Notes under the pieces: model-generated | Told to the model about the DNA's origin: nothing | The model's input: the letters and a program-made list of their open reading frames with translations, nothing else | Databases searched by the model: none | Source of the DNA: Histomonas meleagridis 2922-C6/04-290x | Lineage: Eukaryota > Protista > Parabasalia | Direction of reading: 5' to 3' | Length of the DNA stretch: 51,160 nucleotides | Assembly (NCBI GenBank): GCA_020184695.1 | Contig: JAANOX010000054.1 | Location: forward strand, 1-51,160 | Shown here: piece by piece, positions 1 through 11,821 of the stretch | How the letters are laid out: each line of letters opens with the position of its first letter | How positions within the stretch are numbered: position 1 is the stretch's first letter | Program-made: the position numbers and the translations under genes

Positions 1-3000
1 AAAAAGTAGGTGTAATAGAAATAGGTCTCCAAGAATGAGGATTTTGAGCATCACCTTTTTTGTATAACATAATTGTTTTACTTAATTTAAATAATTCAGG
101 ACATTTTTTAGTTAACATAGTAATTTTAGTAGTAATTTTAATTAATTTAATAGTCATAGTATCTCCTAATTTCCAAATATAATTAGAAATACCATCGGGA
201 CCATAAGCAGCCGCATTAGATCTAGAAAAAATTGCATGTTTAATATTATCATCATCAAAAATATAATTTAATAATAATTCATTACTATTAGGGTTAATAA
301 TATCTTTAAAATCAAATTCCTGGGAGTCATTAATAAATTTTTCTTGACTCCAATTATTACCATATTCCATCATAAAATCTTCAGGATTTAAATTACATTC
401 AGGAGTCGTATTATTAGTGATAAAAACCAACGTAAACATCTACTAGATCTTCCATGTAAAGATTTTGTACAAAACCTTTATGATTTTTTTTATTATTATT
501 ACTAACTTGATTTTCTTTAATTTTAGCATCAATGAACTTGATTTTATTTTCATAATAGTCTTCCGCTGATTGTATTAGATTTATAATATCTTGAGGCTCA
601 TTAATTTCAAGAATAGATTTTATTTCATCCGGGAGGAAATTGATGGTTTTAATAATCTTTTCTTGAAGTTTAGACATTGTATTAAGAATAAATTGAGATT
701 GAGGCTTATGATATAAATCTTTAAATTTGTTTAACCAAAACGTAATTTTACATAAATTATGTGTCTCCATTTCTTTGTTACGAAGATCTAATCTATCTTC
801 TGTGCTAGTGACTACTGTGTTCCTTCTGTTTAACATTTTATTCAACGGAATTTTTTTTAAAATATCTCTTAATTCATCACGAATTAACATATTAATTTTA
901 GAAAGGCAACCTTCCCAAATATAAAAATCTTCATCATTACAATTATTATAATCTTGAGGTTTACAAATTTCTATTAAAGGTTCGATTTTATATTTAAATA
1001 AATCTGGTAATTTAGCTCTAATTTTAAATTTATTTTTACCCCAAGTTTTAGGTAATGATATAAATTGAGATTCTTGTTCTTGATTATCAGAAGTCCATTT
1101 TCTAGCTAAAATTAATAATTGGTCTCTATTTAAATTTTTAATTTTATTTAAATCAAATTCATTATTAATTAAATTTAAATTTACTGGGGGATGTATTTGA
1201 TCTGGAGGAGTTAAATTTAATGTTCGGGAATTTTGAATTGCTTGTAATTGTAAATCTCTATTTAAATTAATACGGTCATTTTCTTCTCTTCTTTGTCTTT
1301 GTTCCATAGCATTTGTTTGTTCATTAATTAAAATGAAAGGAATTTCTCTGACCGCTAATCTTTCTCTTTCTGTAATAGTTCTACTCATGAAAACTTTATC
1401 TTCATAATCTTTAAAATCTTTTCTAATTACTTCTAATTCTGTTTCATTAAAATTTAAATACATTAAAGGACAACATTTAATTCTATAATAAGGTAAATTT
1501 GTACCTTCAATAGTATTTAATGCATGATTCTTTTTACAATGATTATGTAAACCTTTAGAATCAGAAGTCCAATATGTTTCACAATATTTACAAACAAAAC
1601 CTTCTTTAAGTTTAATTATATCTAAACATGAAGGAATTTTTGTCGTAAGTATTAACATATTGTAACATTGTAGACCAAAACCAACCAATAGAATTCTTCA
1701 TTTTCTCAAAATCTTTATGAGAATAAGTAATATGAGAGAAAAGGGATTTATTTGTATTTGAAAAATATTTACAATTAGGTATTGGACAAACGTAAACATT
1801 ATTTCGATAACACTCAGGTTTATCTTCTTCATAAATTAATTTCCAATATAAATCATTATTGATTAAATATTTAATGCAACCATATAACGTTTTTGATGAG
1901 GTTTTATGATTATGAACTTTAGTCATATGACTAATCAAATCATTACCTGATTTAGTTAATTTATAACATTCACATTGACAAGGGAATTGACCTGGTGCAC
2001 ACCATTTATTTTCTCTAATCATAATATGAATTAATGGTTGTTTAGCTAAATTAATATCTTCATGTTTCCAACAATTTAAGTTATTCAAATTCTTCCATTT
2101 ATTAATAAAATCTTTAATATCATCAGGTAATCTACAAAGTTTTAAGTCACTAATTAATTTATTATAAATAATATCATCTGGTAATAAATCACTAATATCA
2201 TCAATTCCGAATCTGAATCATCTGAACCCTCTGAATCAGAAGGATCAGGAAAAGAAGGATTATTTGATGGATCATTATTTGAAGTATCAGTAGAAGTAAT
2301 ATGATTAACATTATCATCTGAATAAGTATCTGAAGCATTATAATTTGAATCATCTGAAGAAAAAGTAGATAAATTAGTAATTTCTAAAAATTTTGGTACA
2401 CTAATATAATTAAATTCCAAAATTGGGACTATAACATCTATTATTTTAGTTTCTTTGATAATATTGATTTTCATTTGAGGAATTTCAGCATCATAAGTTA
2501 AATCTACTTCATTAACAGTAACTTTCAAACTTTCAACATTAGCTACTGAAGTTTTACAACCTTCAATAACTTTGATATCATGAGAAAGAACAGTTGTTGT
2601 TGAAGTAACGTTTTGATACTCTGGTATAACAACATGACTTTCAGATATAGGATTTGAAAGTTTTAGTTGTATATACTGTTCATTAATATGACTTTCTACC
2701 AAAGGTTTAGAAGTTGTAGTGATATTAAGTGGTTCAACTGTATGTTCTTCATTGATTGGATTAGAAATTATAGTTTTATTTAAGGGTTCAACTTTGTGTT
2801 CTTCATTAATTGGTTCAGAAATTATGTTTTGTTAATAGGTATTACTTTATAGTTCTTCATTAATCGGGTGGAAGTAATAGTAAATAATAATTGGTTTATT
2901 TATTATGTTATCTATTTGAGCATCTTCTGTTATAATGTTATTAACTTTGCTGATATGTAATTTATCAATTCTAGGACTAGCAGTTAAAATGTTTCTCTTA

Positions 3001-4023
3001 GGTATAACTTCTAATGAATCTGATTCAGTTGTGATATTTCCGGGATTAAAGGATGGAGTAACTTGAAAATCTTGAGAATCAGAATTTATTGTTGGAAATT
3101 CAAGTTCGGGTTCAAATGAAGGTTCTCTCTGAATCCAAATCATAAGTAATAGCCTGAGCTTGAATATCTTCTGTTTCTTCAACAAATGGTGAATTAGTAA
3201 AATTAAAAGTTGCATTATTTTGATTAATTGATCTGTTATCTTGACCAAATGCAATAAAACCAATTTTGGTATTGTTTTGAACTGGTGAACATGAGTTTAT
3301 AAAGTTTTTCGAAAAATCATAATTGCAATTAATTTGTAATAAATTCCAAGTATTATTAGAAGAATTAATATTTATCTGTTGTTGATTAAGAATATTATAT
3401 ACAATGATCTGAGCTTCATTCCTAATGTGAGAAATCTGTTCATCATTCCAAAATAATCTAAACGGGGATTCTCTAAGTCTGTTTGGTCCTATAATAGGAC
3501 GTAAATCGAGAAGACCTCTGTCAAATTCCTCTATCGTTGTAGGAATGGGAGGGTTGTGGGTATTAATTCTTAATATATCATGTTGAATAATAGCTTGTCC
3601 TCGTGCTAGAATAGCCCCATTCGAGTCATTACATTGTATAGGTAAAAATCTGAGAATATTAATATCTGATGAAATAATCACCCAATTTGGTGGTGGAGGT
3701 AATGGTGTTCCTTCTGGGCTTGTTGGTGTTGGGTGGTAATGACGACCTCGTATTAATAAAATTTCTTGTTGAAATGGAAGTTCTTGATTAATCTCAAGAA
3801 CAAAATCTTCATCATTTTCTTTTTGTTCGAGGTCTGGGGCTTCCTCTTCAATAATCGGTTCTATCCTGTGGTCTTGTGCCGTTATTTCATGAGTAGTGTC
3901 GGATTTTTCCGCAATATATTTATCTGATAATTTTTCCGACCGAACAAAACTGGTATCAATCGAGTGCCCTGGGGGAGTTATTTCCGAAAATCGGGTTCTC
4001 GGACGCAAAAAATCAATATTCAT
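1..4023 (-). mobile_element. Non-LTR retrotransposon (probably RLE type, NeSL/R2/R4-like), 5' part, frameshifted; continues beyond the window start
   Basis: ORFs 3112-4023, 2847-3263, 2154-2702, 1612-2088 and 414-1688 chain through frameshifts into one reading. It carries three C2H2-like fingers (CQCEC..HMTKVH, CPIPNC..HITYSH, CKYC..HCKKNH). Bases 1-410 read SRSNAAAYGPDGISNLYWKLG...LSKTIMLYKKGDAQNPHSWRPISITPTF, i.e. RT domains 0-1 of non-LTR elements. The endonuclease domain is not in the window, so the clade is inferred. Confidence 0.85.
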
Positions 4024-4039
4024 GAAAAATCAAAAAAAT

Positions 4040-4113
4040 CTCCTCCCGTGTGGCTCGAACACACGACTTCCAGATTAACAGTCTGACACTCTAACCAACT
4101 GAGTTAGGGAGGA
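4040..4113 (-). tRNA. trnN: tRNA-Asn(GTT)
   Basis: Reverse complement folds as TCCTCCC/GGGAGGA acceptor stem, ACTC/GAGT D-stem, TCAGA-CTGTTAA-TCTGG anticodon arm (GTT) and GTGTG-TTCGAGC-CACAC T-arm, with discriminator G. It is followed by a T7 run typical of a Pol III terminator. Confidence 0.95.
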
Positions 4114-4345
4114 AGCCTGATTTAGTTTAGAACTATATAATAACTTGTCAAAAACTACAACAAATGGTATTTTATTTCAAAGTAGTACCATATATTATAA
4201 TTGGATATCTGTTTATTTTTACTATGTTTGTTTTTATATTCAATCATATAATTCACAGTTTCCAACAACTGTCTAACTCTTAAGCAAAACGTTCCTCACC
4301 ACAGGAATATTTGATGAAGATATCGGGATTATTATTTAAAAAAAA

Positions 4346-4860
4346 CTACTGTTTTGTTTGATGCTTGCATGCAAGAATTGATTGATATTCATCAGATAAA
4401 TAATCTTCTGAAACTTGATCAAGCAAAATACGAAATTGTTCTTGATCTGGATCATTTTGCCGCATTAATTGAATCAAATGTATTAATGTGAAACCTTCAA
4501 ATCCAGCAATATGCATAAATTGTTCTGCAAATTCAGCCATATCATCATGTGCATTGGTTACAGCATAAACTTGATAAGGATCACCAAAAAATATGACAGT
4601 TTTAACTGCAAAAAATATTTGAATGTGATTTCCTGTTTAACCACATAATTTAATTAATCTCTTTGATGCAGCATTAGAAACAGATCTATCTATCTTTGAA
4701 GCAGTTGTAATTAAACTATATAAATTGACAATGCAGAATTTTTGGATTGAATCAATTAAATAACTTTGTCCTGTACCTGCTTTGCCATAAATAAAGGATA
4801 TTGAATCATTGCAATCACCTTCAATAATTGCTTCTTCAATTTTCGTAAATGCTATCAATT
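4346..4860 (-). pseudogene. PIF1-like SF1 helicase relic (Helitron, Polinton or host origin unresolved)
   Basis: SFIYGKAGTGQS (Walker A-like), VIFFGDPYQV (motif III) and LIQLMRQ (motif IV) occur in order, interrupted by stops. Confidence 0.7.
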
Positions 4861-5138
4861 GTTCATCATTTGATTTGTAAATATCCTCATTTGATGAATT
4901 TTCTGTAATTGCGCAATATTCGTCAGTATAATTTTAACAGATTAATTCCAGAATATCATCTGAAATTTCTTCAATAGAATTTGTTTGAGTATTTTCTGGA
5001 TTGATCGTATTAAAATGATTTAAACACTGACGAATTTGTGTTAATCTCTGTAATGAAGGATTTTGTAATAAATAATGGTTAGTGATGAATATATCCTGCT
5101 AAATTGTCTTTCAATTGAATAATTTGATAATTTTATTA

Positions 5139-6065
5139 ATGTATTATAATAATACGCAATCTAAAAATGAAAAAGATGATCAAGGTAATGTGGGAGCTTA
5201 TTTTGATCGTCTTAAAGATTTAATTGCTAAAAATGATGGTACTCGTTCTTTTATTTTAAGAACTGAAGATTGTCATGATCAAAATGCACCTTTTAATCAA
5301 TCACAAGAAACTAGATTAAGAATTACACATGGTGATCATATGGTTTCACAAATAACTGAAGGTTTTATTAATTTTAAAATTAGAATAACTATACAATTAT
5401 CAAAAGCTATTTCATCTGGTAATTTACAAGATCCTGAAAATTTAACTAAAATATTTATAGGTTTTAAGAGTTCTAATCAATTATTAGATCAATGACAAAT
5501 TATGTCTAATAATATTTCTACTGGTTATCAACAAAATGAATGTTGTCGTGAAGGTTATTGTTATTCAACAATTAAACCCTATGCTGAAAAGAAAACTAGA
5601 AAATATACACATTCTTTATATGAAAATGTTTCAGAATATTATCAATCTGTTTGTGGTACTTATGTTGATTTAAATACAATTGCAGATGGAAATAAACATG
5701 ATATCGAATTTGAAATGAATCTTCCATTTGATGATTAATATGCCTTTATTTAATGTTACAACTATTACAGTTGTATTTCCAAAACATGTGAACGTTCACG
5801 TGGTGGTTACATATTTGATGGTTTAGATTCTAATGGTCGAAATATGCCTATACAAATTAAAGGTCAACCAATTTATACACAAGCTAATGATACGTATTAT
5901 AATGTAGATAATGCTGAAAATCATCCACCTCCGCCACAATTATTTATTTGTCGTGATGCTTATTTCACATTAAATTTACATTTACAATTGAAATATTATG
6001 CTAATGGTATACCGGGAAGTATTATATCTTTTAATCTCCCGAACTATTTACCTGATTCTGAGTAA
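5139..6065 (+). pseudogene. Maverick/Polinton probable major capsid protein, copy 1, internally deleted
   Basis: Near-identical to 17646-19274 and 38445-40068 but lacks two large internal segments (junctions near 5738 and 5790). In-frame TGA at 5493-5495. Capsid identity is inferred from size, copy number and linkage to ATPase/PolB/integrase. Confidence 0.65.
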
Positions 6066-6255
6066 TCCATTGTTTGTATAGTAACCTTGATGAAGGTATA
6101 ATTATATACCCAATTTAAAACATGCTATATGTATAATCTGGCGATCTTATATAAAATCTTACTCATCCATATATACTTTTAGACTATCCTTTGAGTCTAA
6201 ACTAAACCAAATTCCTGGAAAGCATAGGCTACATCCCATTCCAATAGGTGATAAT

Positions 6256-6492
6256 TTATAGATGAGAATATATGGAGTCTTCCCAAATACTTTTATTATG
6301 TTCAGGTGCACTATCTTCAACAAAGACAACAGGTTTTTCTAATTCCTTAGGTAAATTATGCACATTCTCATCCTCTTCATTAAAATCAAAATCAGAAGAA
6401 TCTGTTGAAAGTTGAGAGCAAGGTGCTTCGAGACCTAGGACCCTTCTTCCACTAATGATTGGACGATTACTAAGAGTAGCAATAAAATACAT
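6256..6492 (-). CDS. Hypothetical accessory ORF, probably degraded
   Basis: 78-aa ORF with an acidic patch, GC-richer than its flanks, next to the capsid relic; no recognised domain. Confidence 0.3.
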   Translation of the reverse strand: MYFIATLSNRPIISGRRVLGLEAPCSQLSTDSSDFDFNEEDENVHNLPKELEKPVVFVEDSAPEHNKSIWEDSIYSHL

Positions 6493-6726
6493 CCTTATTA
6501 TATGATACGATAATGTGATCGACGGTTATATTACATTTTTGCACACATTCGAAAAATTAATGTCCATTTATCTATTCAAATATACACATGATTAAGGTCG
6601 TAATACATTAATATCACTATTTATTATTTCTTCTTAATTTTTTAAAAAAATATCATCGACCATTTACTCATTCAAAAGTGTATCTATCGTTATGTTCAAA
6701 AAGTTATCACTTTACAGATCACTAAA

Positions 6727-7200
6727 ATGTACATATTAGATAATATGGATATTCCTGAGGCAGAATGGGCGATAGCGTTCAATGACTACCCATACTCGCA
6801 AAGGGTACAGAGATCTTTCACTGGGGCTAGGGGAGAAATCTATAATGATGTCTCAGTTCAAGAAACTAGGACTGAAAAGTCTAATGATGTTTCTCTTTTT
6901 CCACATTCGGAACCTCTTTATGAAACTATAACTGAGTCAGAGTATAAATCTTCTTTGTTTAATAATATTTCAACTCCTTTATTTCAATCACCCGGATTAT
7001 AAAGCAAACTAGATTATTTTTTCCCAGGATATTTCAAAGCAGAACAGGAAACTGGATATTCTCAAAGTACCGAAAGGTACTATGAGATAGATCAAATCCT
7101 CTCTGCTCAACCAGGTGAGAACGGGAAGATGTTGTGGTGTGTTCAATCGAAGCTATATGATGACGTGAAAGAATCAACTGGAAGTATACTGATAACCTCC
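6727..7200 (+). pseudogene. Accessory ORF with C-terminal chromodomain-like segment
   Basis: After the stop at 7002 the same frame reads ...ERYYEIDQILSAQPGENGKMLWCVQSKLYDDVKEST, matching the chromodomain pattern YEVExIl.....G...YlVkWkgy....sTW. Confidence 0.5.
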
Positions 7201-8055
7201 ACCATTGTAAAGACCTTTGATTTTACTTCCTTACTTTATTGACGAACGATTCTTCCATTTTTAATATTGTTTTAACAAAATTATTAAGCAAGGATGGTTC
7301 GACTATGGCGATATTCAGGCTTATCGTCGCACCTACAAGCCTCTCTTGCTTAAGAGGCGGAAGAAGGGGGAAATCTAATTTTATACCAAACATACACACT
7401 TTTGGACGGTTATTGACTCAATTTTCGACTTTTTGAACTGTTGTATAATTATAACAAGAAAAAAATCAAAAATATTAGAATTAAAAAATTCTCGATAATA
7501 TAAAATTATTTATTCTAAAATAATGATATCAAAAACATAATATATATTAGTAGAAAATATATTTTATGGCATATAATGAAGAAAAAATAATTTTTGATGT
7601 AATTAATGCAGATTAAAAAAAGTAAAAAAATTTTAAAAAATAAATATCATAATCAAATTCTCCATATGTTAAAACATATGGTGGTATATTATTCTCATTA
7701 AAATATTCTATGTATATGATTTTATTCTAGAATTTTTTTTTTTCATGATGCCATATCTGAACGAGTATTCAAATTACTCGTAATTAAATAGAAATTGTGA
7801 GAAAATATCACCTACTAAATTTTTTTTTGGATACCTTATATTTTTGTCAGGATAATTTTGATAAAATATGAAATGTCAGATTAACAAAAAATAATACTTG
7901 AATTTTGTAAGCAAATAATGATTGAATTTTAATCTTATATTAATAACTTCTGTTCATTTAACACACTATATATAATGTAATGTATAATATATAATGTGAT
8001 TCAACATTTACGTATATTTTATTTATTGACTATGATTTATTAATTGTTTGTAAAC

Positions 8056-8059
<4 letters not shown>

Positions 8060-8097
<38 letters not shown>
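8060..8097. repeat. (TA)n microsatellite
   Basis: Directly visible TA run. Confidence 0.95.
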
Positions 8098-8098
<1 letters not shown>

Positions 8099-8116
8099 CA
8101 TTATTCGATCTATATT

Positions 8117-8770
8117 TATACATTATACATTATACATTATACATTATACATTATACATTATACATTATACATTATACATTATACATTATACATTATACAT
8201 TATACATTATACATTATACATTATACATTATACATTATACATTATACATTATACATTATACATTATACATTATACATTATACATTATACATTATACATTA
8301 TACATTATACATTATACATTATACATTATACATTATACATTATACATTATACATTATACATTATACATTATACATTATACATTATACATTATACATTATA
8401 CATTATACATTATACATTATACATTATACATTATACATTATACATTATACATATAATATTATACATTATACATTATACATTATACATTATACATTATACA
8501 TTATACATTATACATTATACATTATACATTATACATTATACATTATACATTATACATTATACATTATACATTATACATTATACATTATACATTATACATT
8601 ATACATTATACATTATACATTATACATTATACATTTATACATTATACATTATACATTATACATTATACATTATACATTATACATTATACATTATACATTA
8701 TACATTATACATTATACATTATACATTATACATTATACATTATACATTATACATTATACATTATACATTA
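8117..8770. repeat. (CATTATA)n heptamer satellite, about 93 units
   Basis: About 650 bp of 7-bp tandem units with small interruptions near 8451 and 8633; this explains the IIHYTLY pseudo-ORF. Confidence 0.97.
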
Positions 8771-8828
8771 ATTCGAAACTAAAATGATTAATTTTTTGCA
8801 TTGTTTAATTTTTACTCGAATTTTTCGA

Positions 8829-9900
8829 TTATTCCACCTTTCCTGGTTTTTTAGATCTTTTCATCTTTCTTACTTCTCTCTCCATGTGTACTTTTAGAAT
8901 GAAAGGATCTGTCCATCTTCCTTTACAATTCGGAATTCTTCTCATTATGCGTTTTTTGATATTTTCATCTTTTGCATTTTTGTATCTTATTAAAAGATCT
9001 TCAGGAATTATTGGTGGACAATTTCTTTTAGATTTTTTATTCATCGATAATATTTTTTTTTATTAAACATTGGCACTGTTATATTTATATCTCTGAATTC
9101 TAATTGATCTTCTTTGATGCCAAAATCAAATGTATTTTCATGTTGTAATGCTTGCTGGAAAATTTTATATTTTTTCTTTAAATTATTCAAATTTTAAATG
9201 AATGTCATATTTTGATTATGTAATGGTTCTTCCTTATATTTACTTCTAATATTGTTTTCTCTTTGATAATTAAAATACCTGTTTTTTAATGAATTTTCTA
9301 GTGTTTGTAAATGAATAAAAAATTCATGAAGTGATGGTTTTGATGTATTAATGTAAATATTTAATTTTTTATTTAAACTCTCATTTGCATTATTTGTAAC
9401 TCTTTCTTTTAATGGTTTTCCAGTACAGTTCCAATAGTTTATAGGGAATGTTTTTGTATAAGTTTCACAAAAATAAGGAATAAATTTATTCAAACTTTCA
9501 TTAATACCATTAAGTCGAGGAAGAAAATTTATAAATTGTGATGCAGAATTAATATCTATAAGTGGAAGTAATTTAATAATTTTAAGTGAATCAATTCATA
9601 TTTCATTTTGTTCAATTTTAAATGTAACTTTATCTTTTCTTAATGTTTGTGTGAAATGAAAATAACACAATTGTAAATAAGAATTATTTTGCATCAAATT
9701 GTTAATAATCGCATTAATTAATGCTTGTTCAAAATCACATATAAATTTCACATCTTCCATAAAATTATAACCGAATCTTTGTAAAAAATATAAATAAAAA
9801 TTACTTTAGAGAATTTGTTTCCAAATGGTACCGACCAATTAGTTGGGTCTTGTCTAATTATATAGACGGAATATATATAGTTAATATAATAATAAATCAG
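8829..9900 (-). pseudogene. Mutator-like (MULE) transposase relic
   Basis: Minus strand reads KFICDFEQALINA...QLCYFHFTQ...FIPYFCETY...YWN...RVTNNANESLN: the MULE D-F-E motif, CxFH motif and TNNxxES catalytic-E motif. Confidence 0.8.
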
Positions 9901-11821
9901 TTCCATGGAATTTCCTGAAAAATGAAGATGGCAAACTATTCGAGGCTGCGATTTTCATATTATTTTTTATCTCTTTAGTCATAAGAGTAACTTTACTCCG
10001 AATAAACAATTATTCTGATAAATGATTATGAATTTTTCTAGTAAAATCAATAAGATCAATAATATCATTATTAATATGAAGGTAATAAATAATGATCTCT
10101 ACTTTAATTTAGTCTCTCTTTGATAATTTGGATAATGTAATTTTTTTAAATATACTTAGTTATTATAATCTATCAATAAATTTAATATAATTAGATAAAT
10201 TAGAATAATACCTAATTTGAAAAAATCCTTTGTTCACGAAATATTATGCATAAGATATAGTAATAACTCGAAATGTAATTAAAGTAATTGTACTTAATGA
10301 ATTTCAAATAAAAAATATAAAAGAGTGTAAATTTCATTTATTATAAAGGGGGAAATGATCAAATATTTAAAAATAATTTTTCTTAAAAATTATATTTATG
10401 CTACAATTATAAAAATTGTAAATTACGATTATTTTTTGAATCAGAGTTCGATGAAATCACTCATAAAAATCTTTAGATAATGTTCAATTTTAATGGATAT
10501 ATACATATATATAAATATGTATAAGTGATTAAGAATTACGAAAAAGACTTTTAAGATATAAAATGTATTTATGTTGAACTATTATTTTTTTATTAATAAA
10601 CAGTCTGTTCATAAATATTAATCATAACTTTAAGCTAAAAATTAACTAATTGTAATCATATAAGAAAATTATCGAGAAATATATATTTTTCATCAATTTT
10701 TCATTAAATCAATCAACATAATGATAATAACTTTATATACAAGTTTTCTTGGTAATTTTAAGAATATTATAAAATATGAATTCATGTACATATGGGACTA
10801 TGAATATGTTGAGTTCAAAGAGAATTCCCGTGTTTTCGCTCAAAAATGAACGTGTGTAAATCAATGAATCAGCAAATTTCGAACATATTATATCACACAT
10901 ATAAGGAAATATTGATACAATGAATAAAGGTAACGCTTCAATAATATCAGTATCATTTTGATGATCTTGAATCGAATTAATTAAACACATAATAATCGAT
11001 GATACAAAACTATCGTTAAACATTTTTAGATTATTTTGTGATGGTTGGAAATTAAGGAAGAATGTAGTAATAATTTAATTTGATCAGAGTTAAGTCGAAT
11101 TAATAAATTCATAAAAGATTTTTTAATAATTTGAATCCTATCTTTAGGTATATCCAAGAATAAAAACATCAAATTTCGATCTGCATAATTTTTGGTATAT
11201 CTTATAAAGAATTCAGGAAGAGATTTCTACTAAAAGTTTTATTAAAAAATGATTATGTGATGAAACTGATTTAAAACAATTAATGACACTTTCTTTACGT
11301 AAAGAAATCATAACAAATAAAAATGGCATTATTAAAGATAAACACATTTCACTTGCATCAGTAGAAGAAGAAGAAAGCTGAATAGGCAGTCGAATGCTGG
11401 TTAACTCCTTAACATATTTAATGGACGATTTCCCAATCTCTTCGTATGTAACTTACATACGAATTTTACATTATGTATTGATAAATCATTACGATTAAAT
11501 GCTAGACCTCAAAATAAATTTGAACTTTTTACTAAAATCTTAAAAAGATAGCTAATCTGTTTTGAAGGATAATCGGTTTATTATTATTGCGCAATAATTT
11601 AAGAGTAAAATTTTTTATTCAATAATAATTAGTGCAAAATGCCATTTTAAGTCATACAATTTTATAGATTTAATTATGAGGGGCATAATATGACAAATAA
11701 TATCTGGATTATGAATTGTTCAATTCAGAACAACCGTTAATTCATGGAAATAACTTTTTGTTTCTTGAAACCAAATACGAATTGAAAAAATAGGGTGCCT
11801 CATATGAAGACCAAGATCTAA

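Noticed and set aside
8044-8787. 247-aa ORF of IIHYTLY repeats
   Set aside because: Translation artefact of the 7-bp satellite and TA run.
10733-11340. Possible decayed helical host gene on the minus strand
   Set aside because: No recognisable motif and broken frames; insufficient support for a call.
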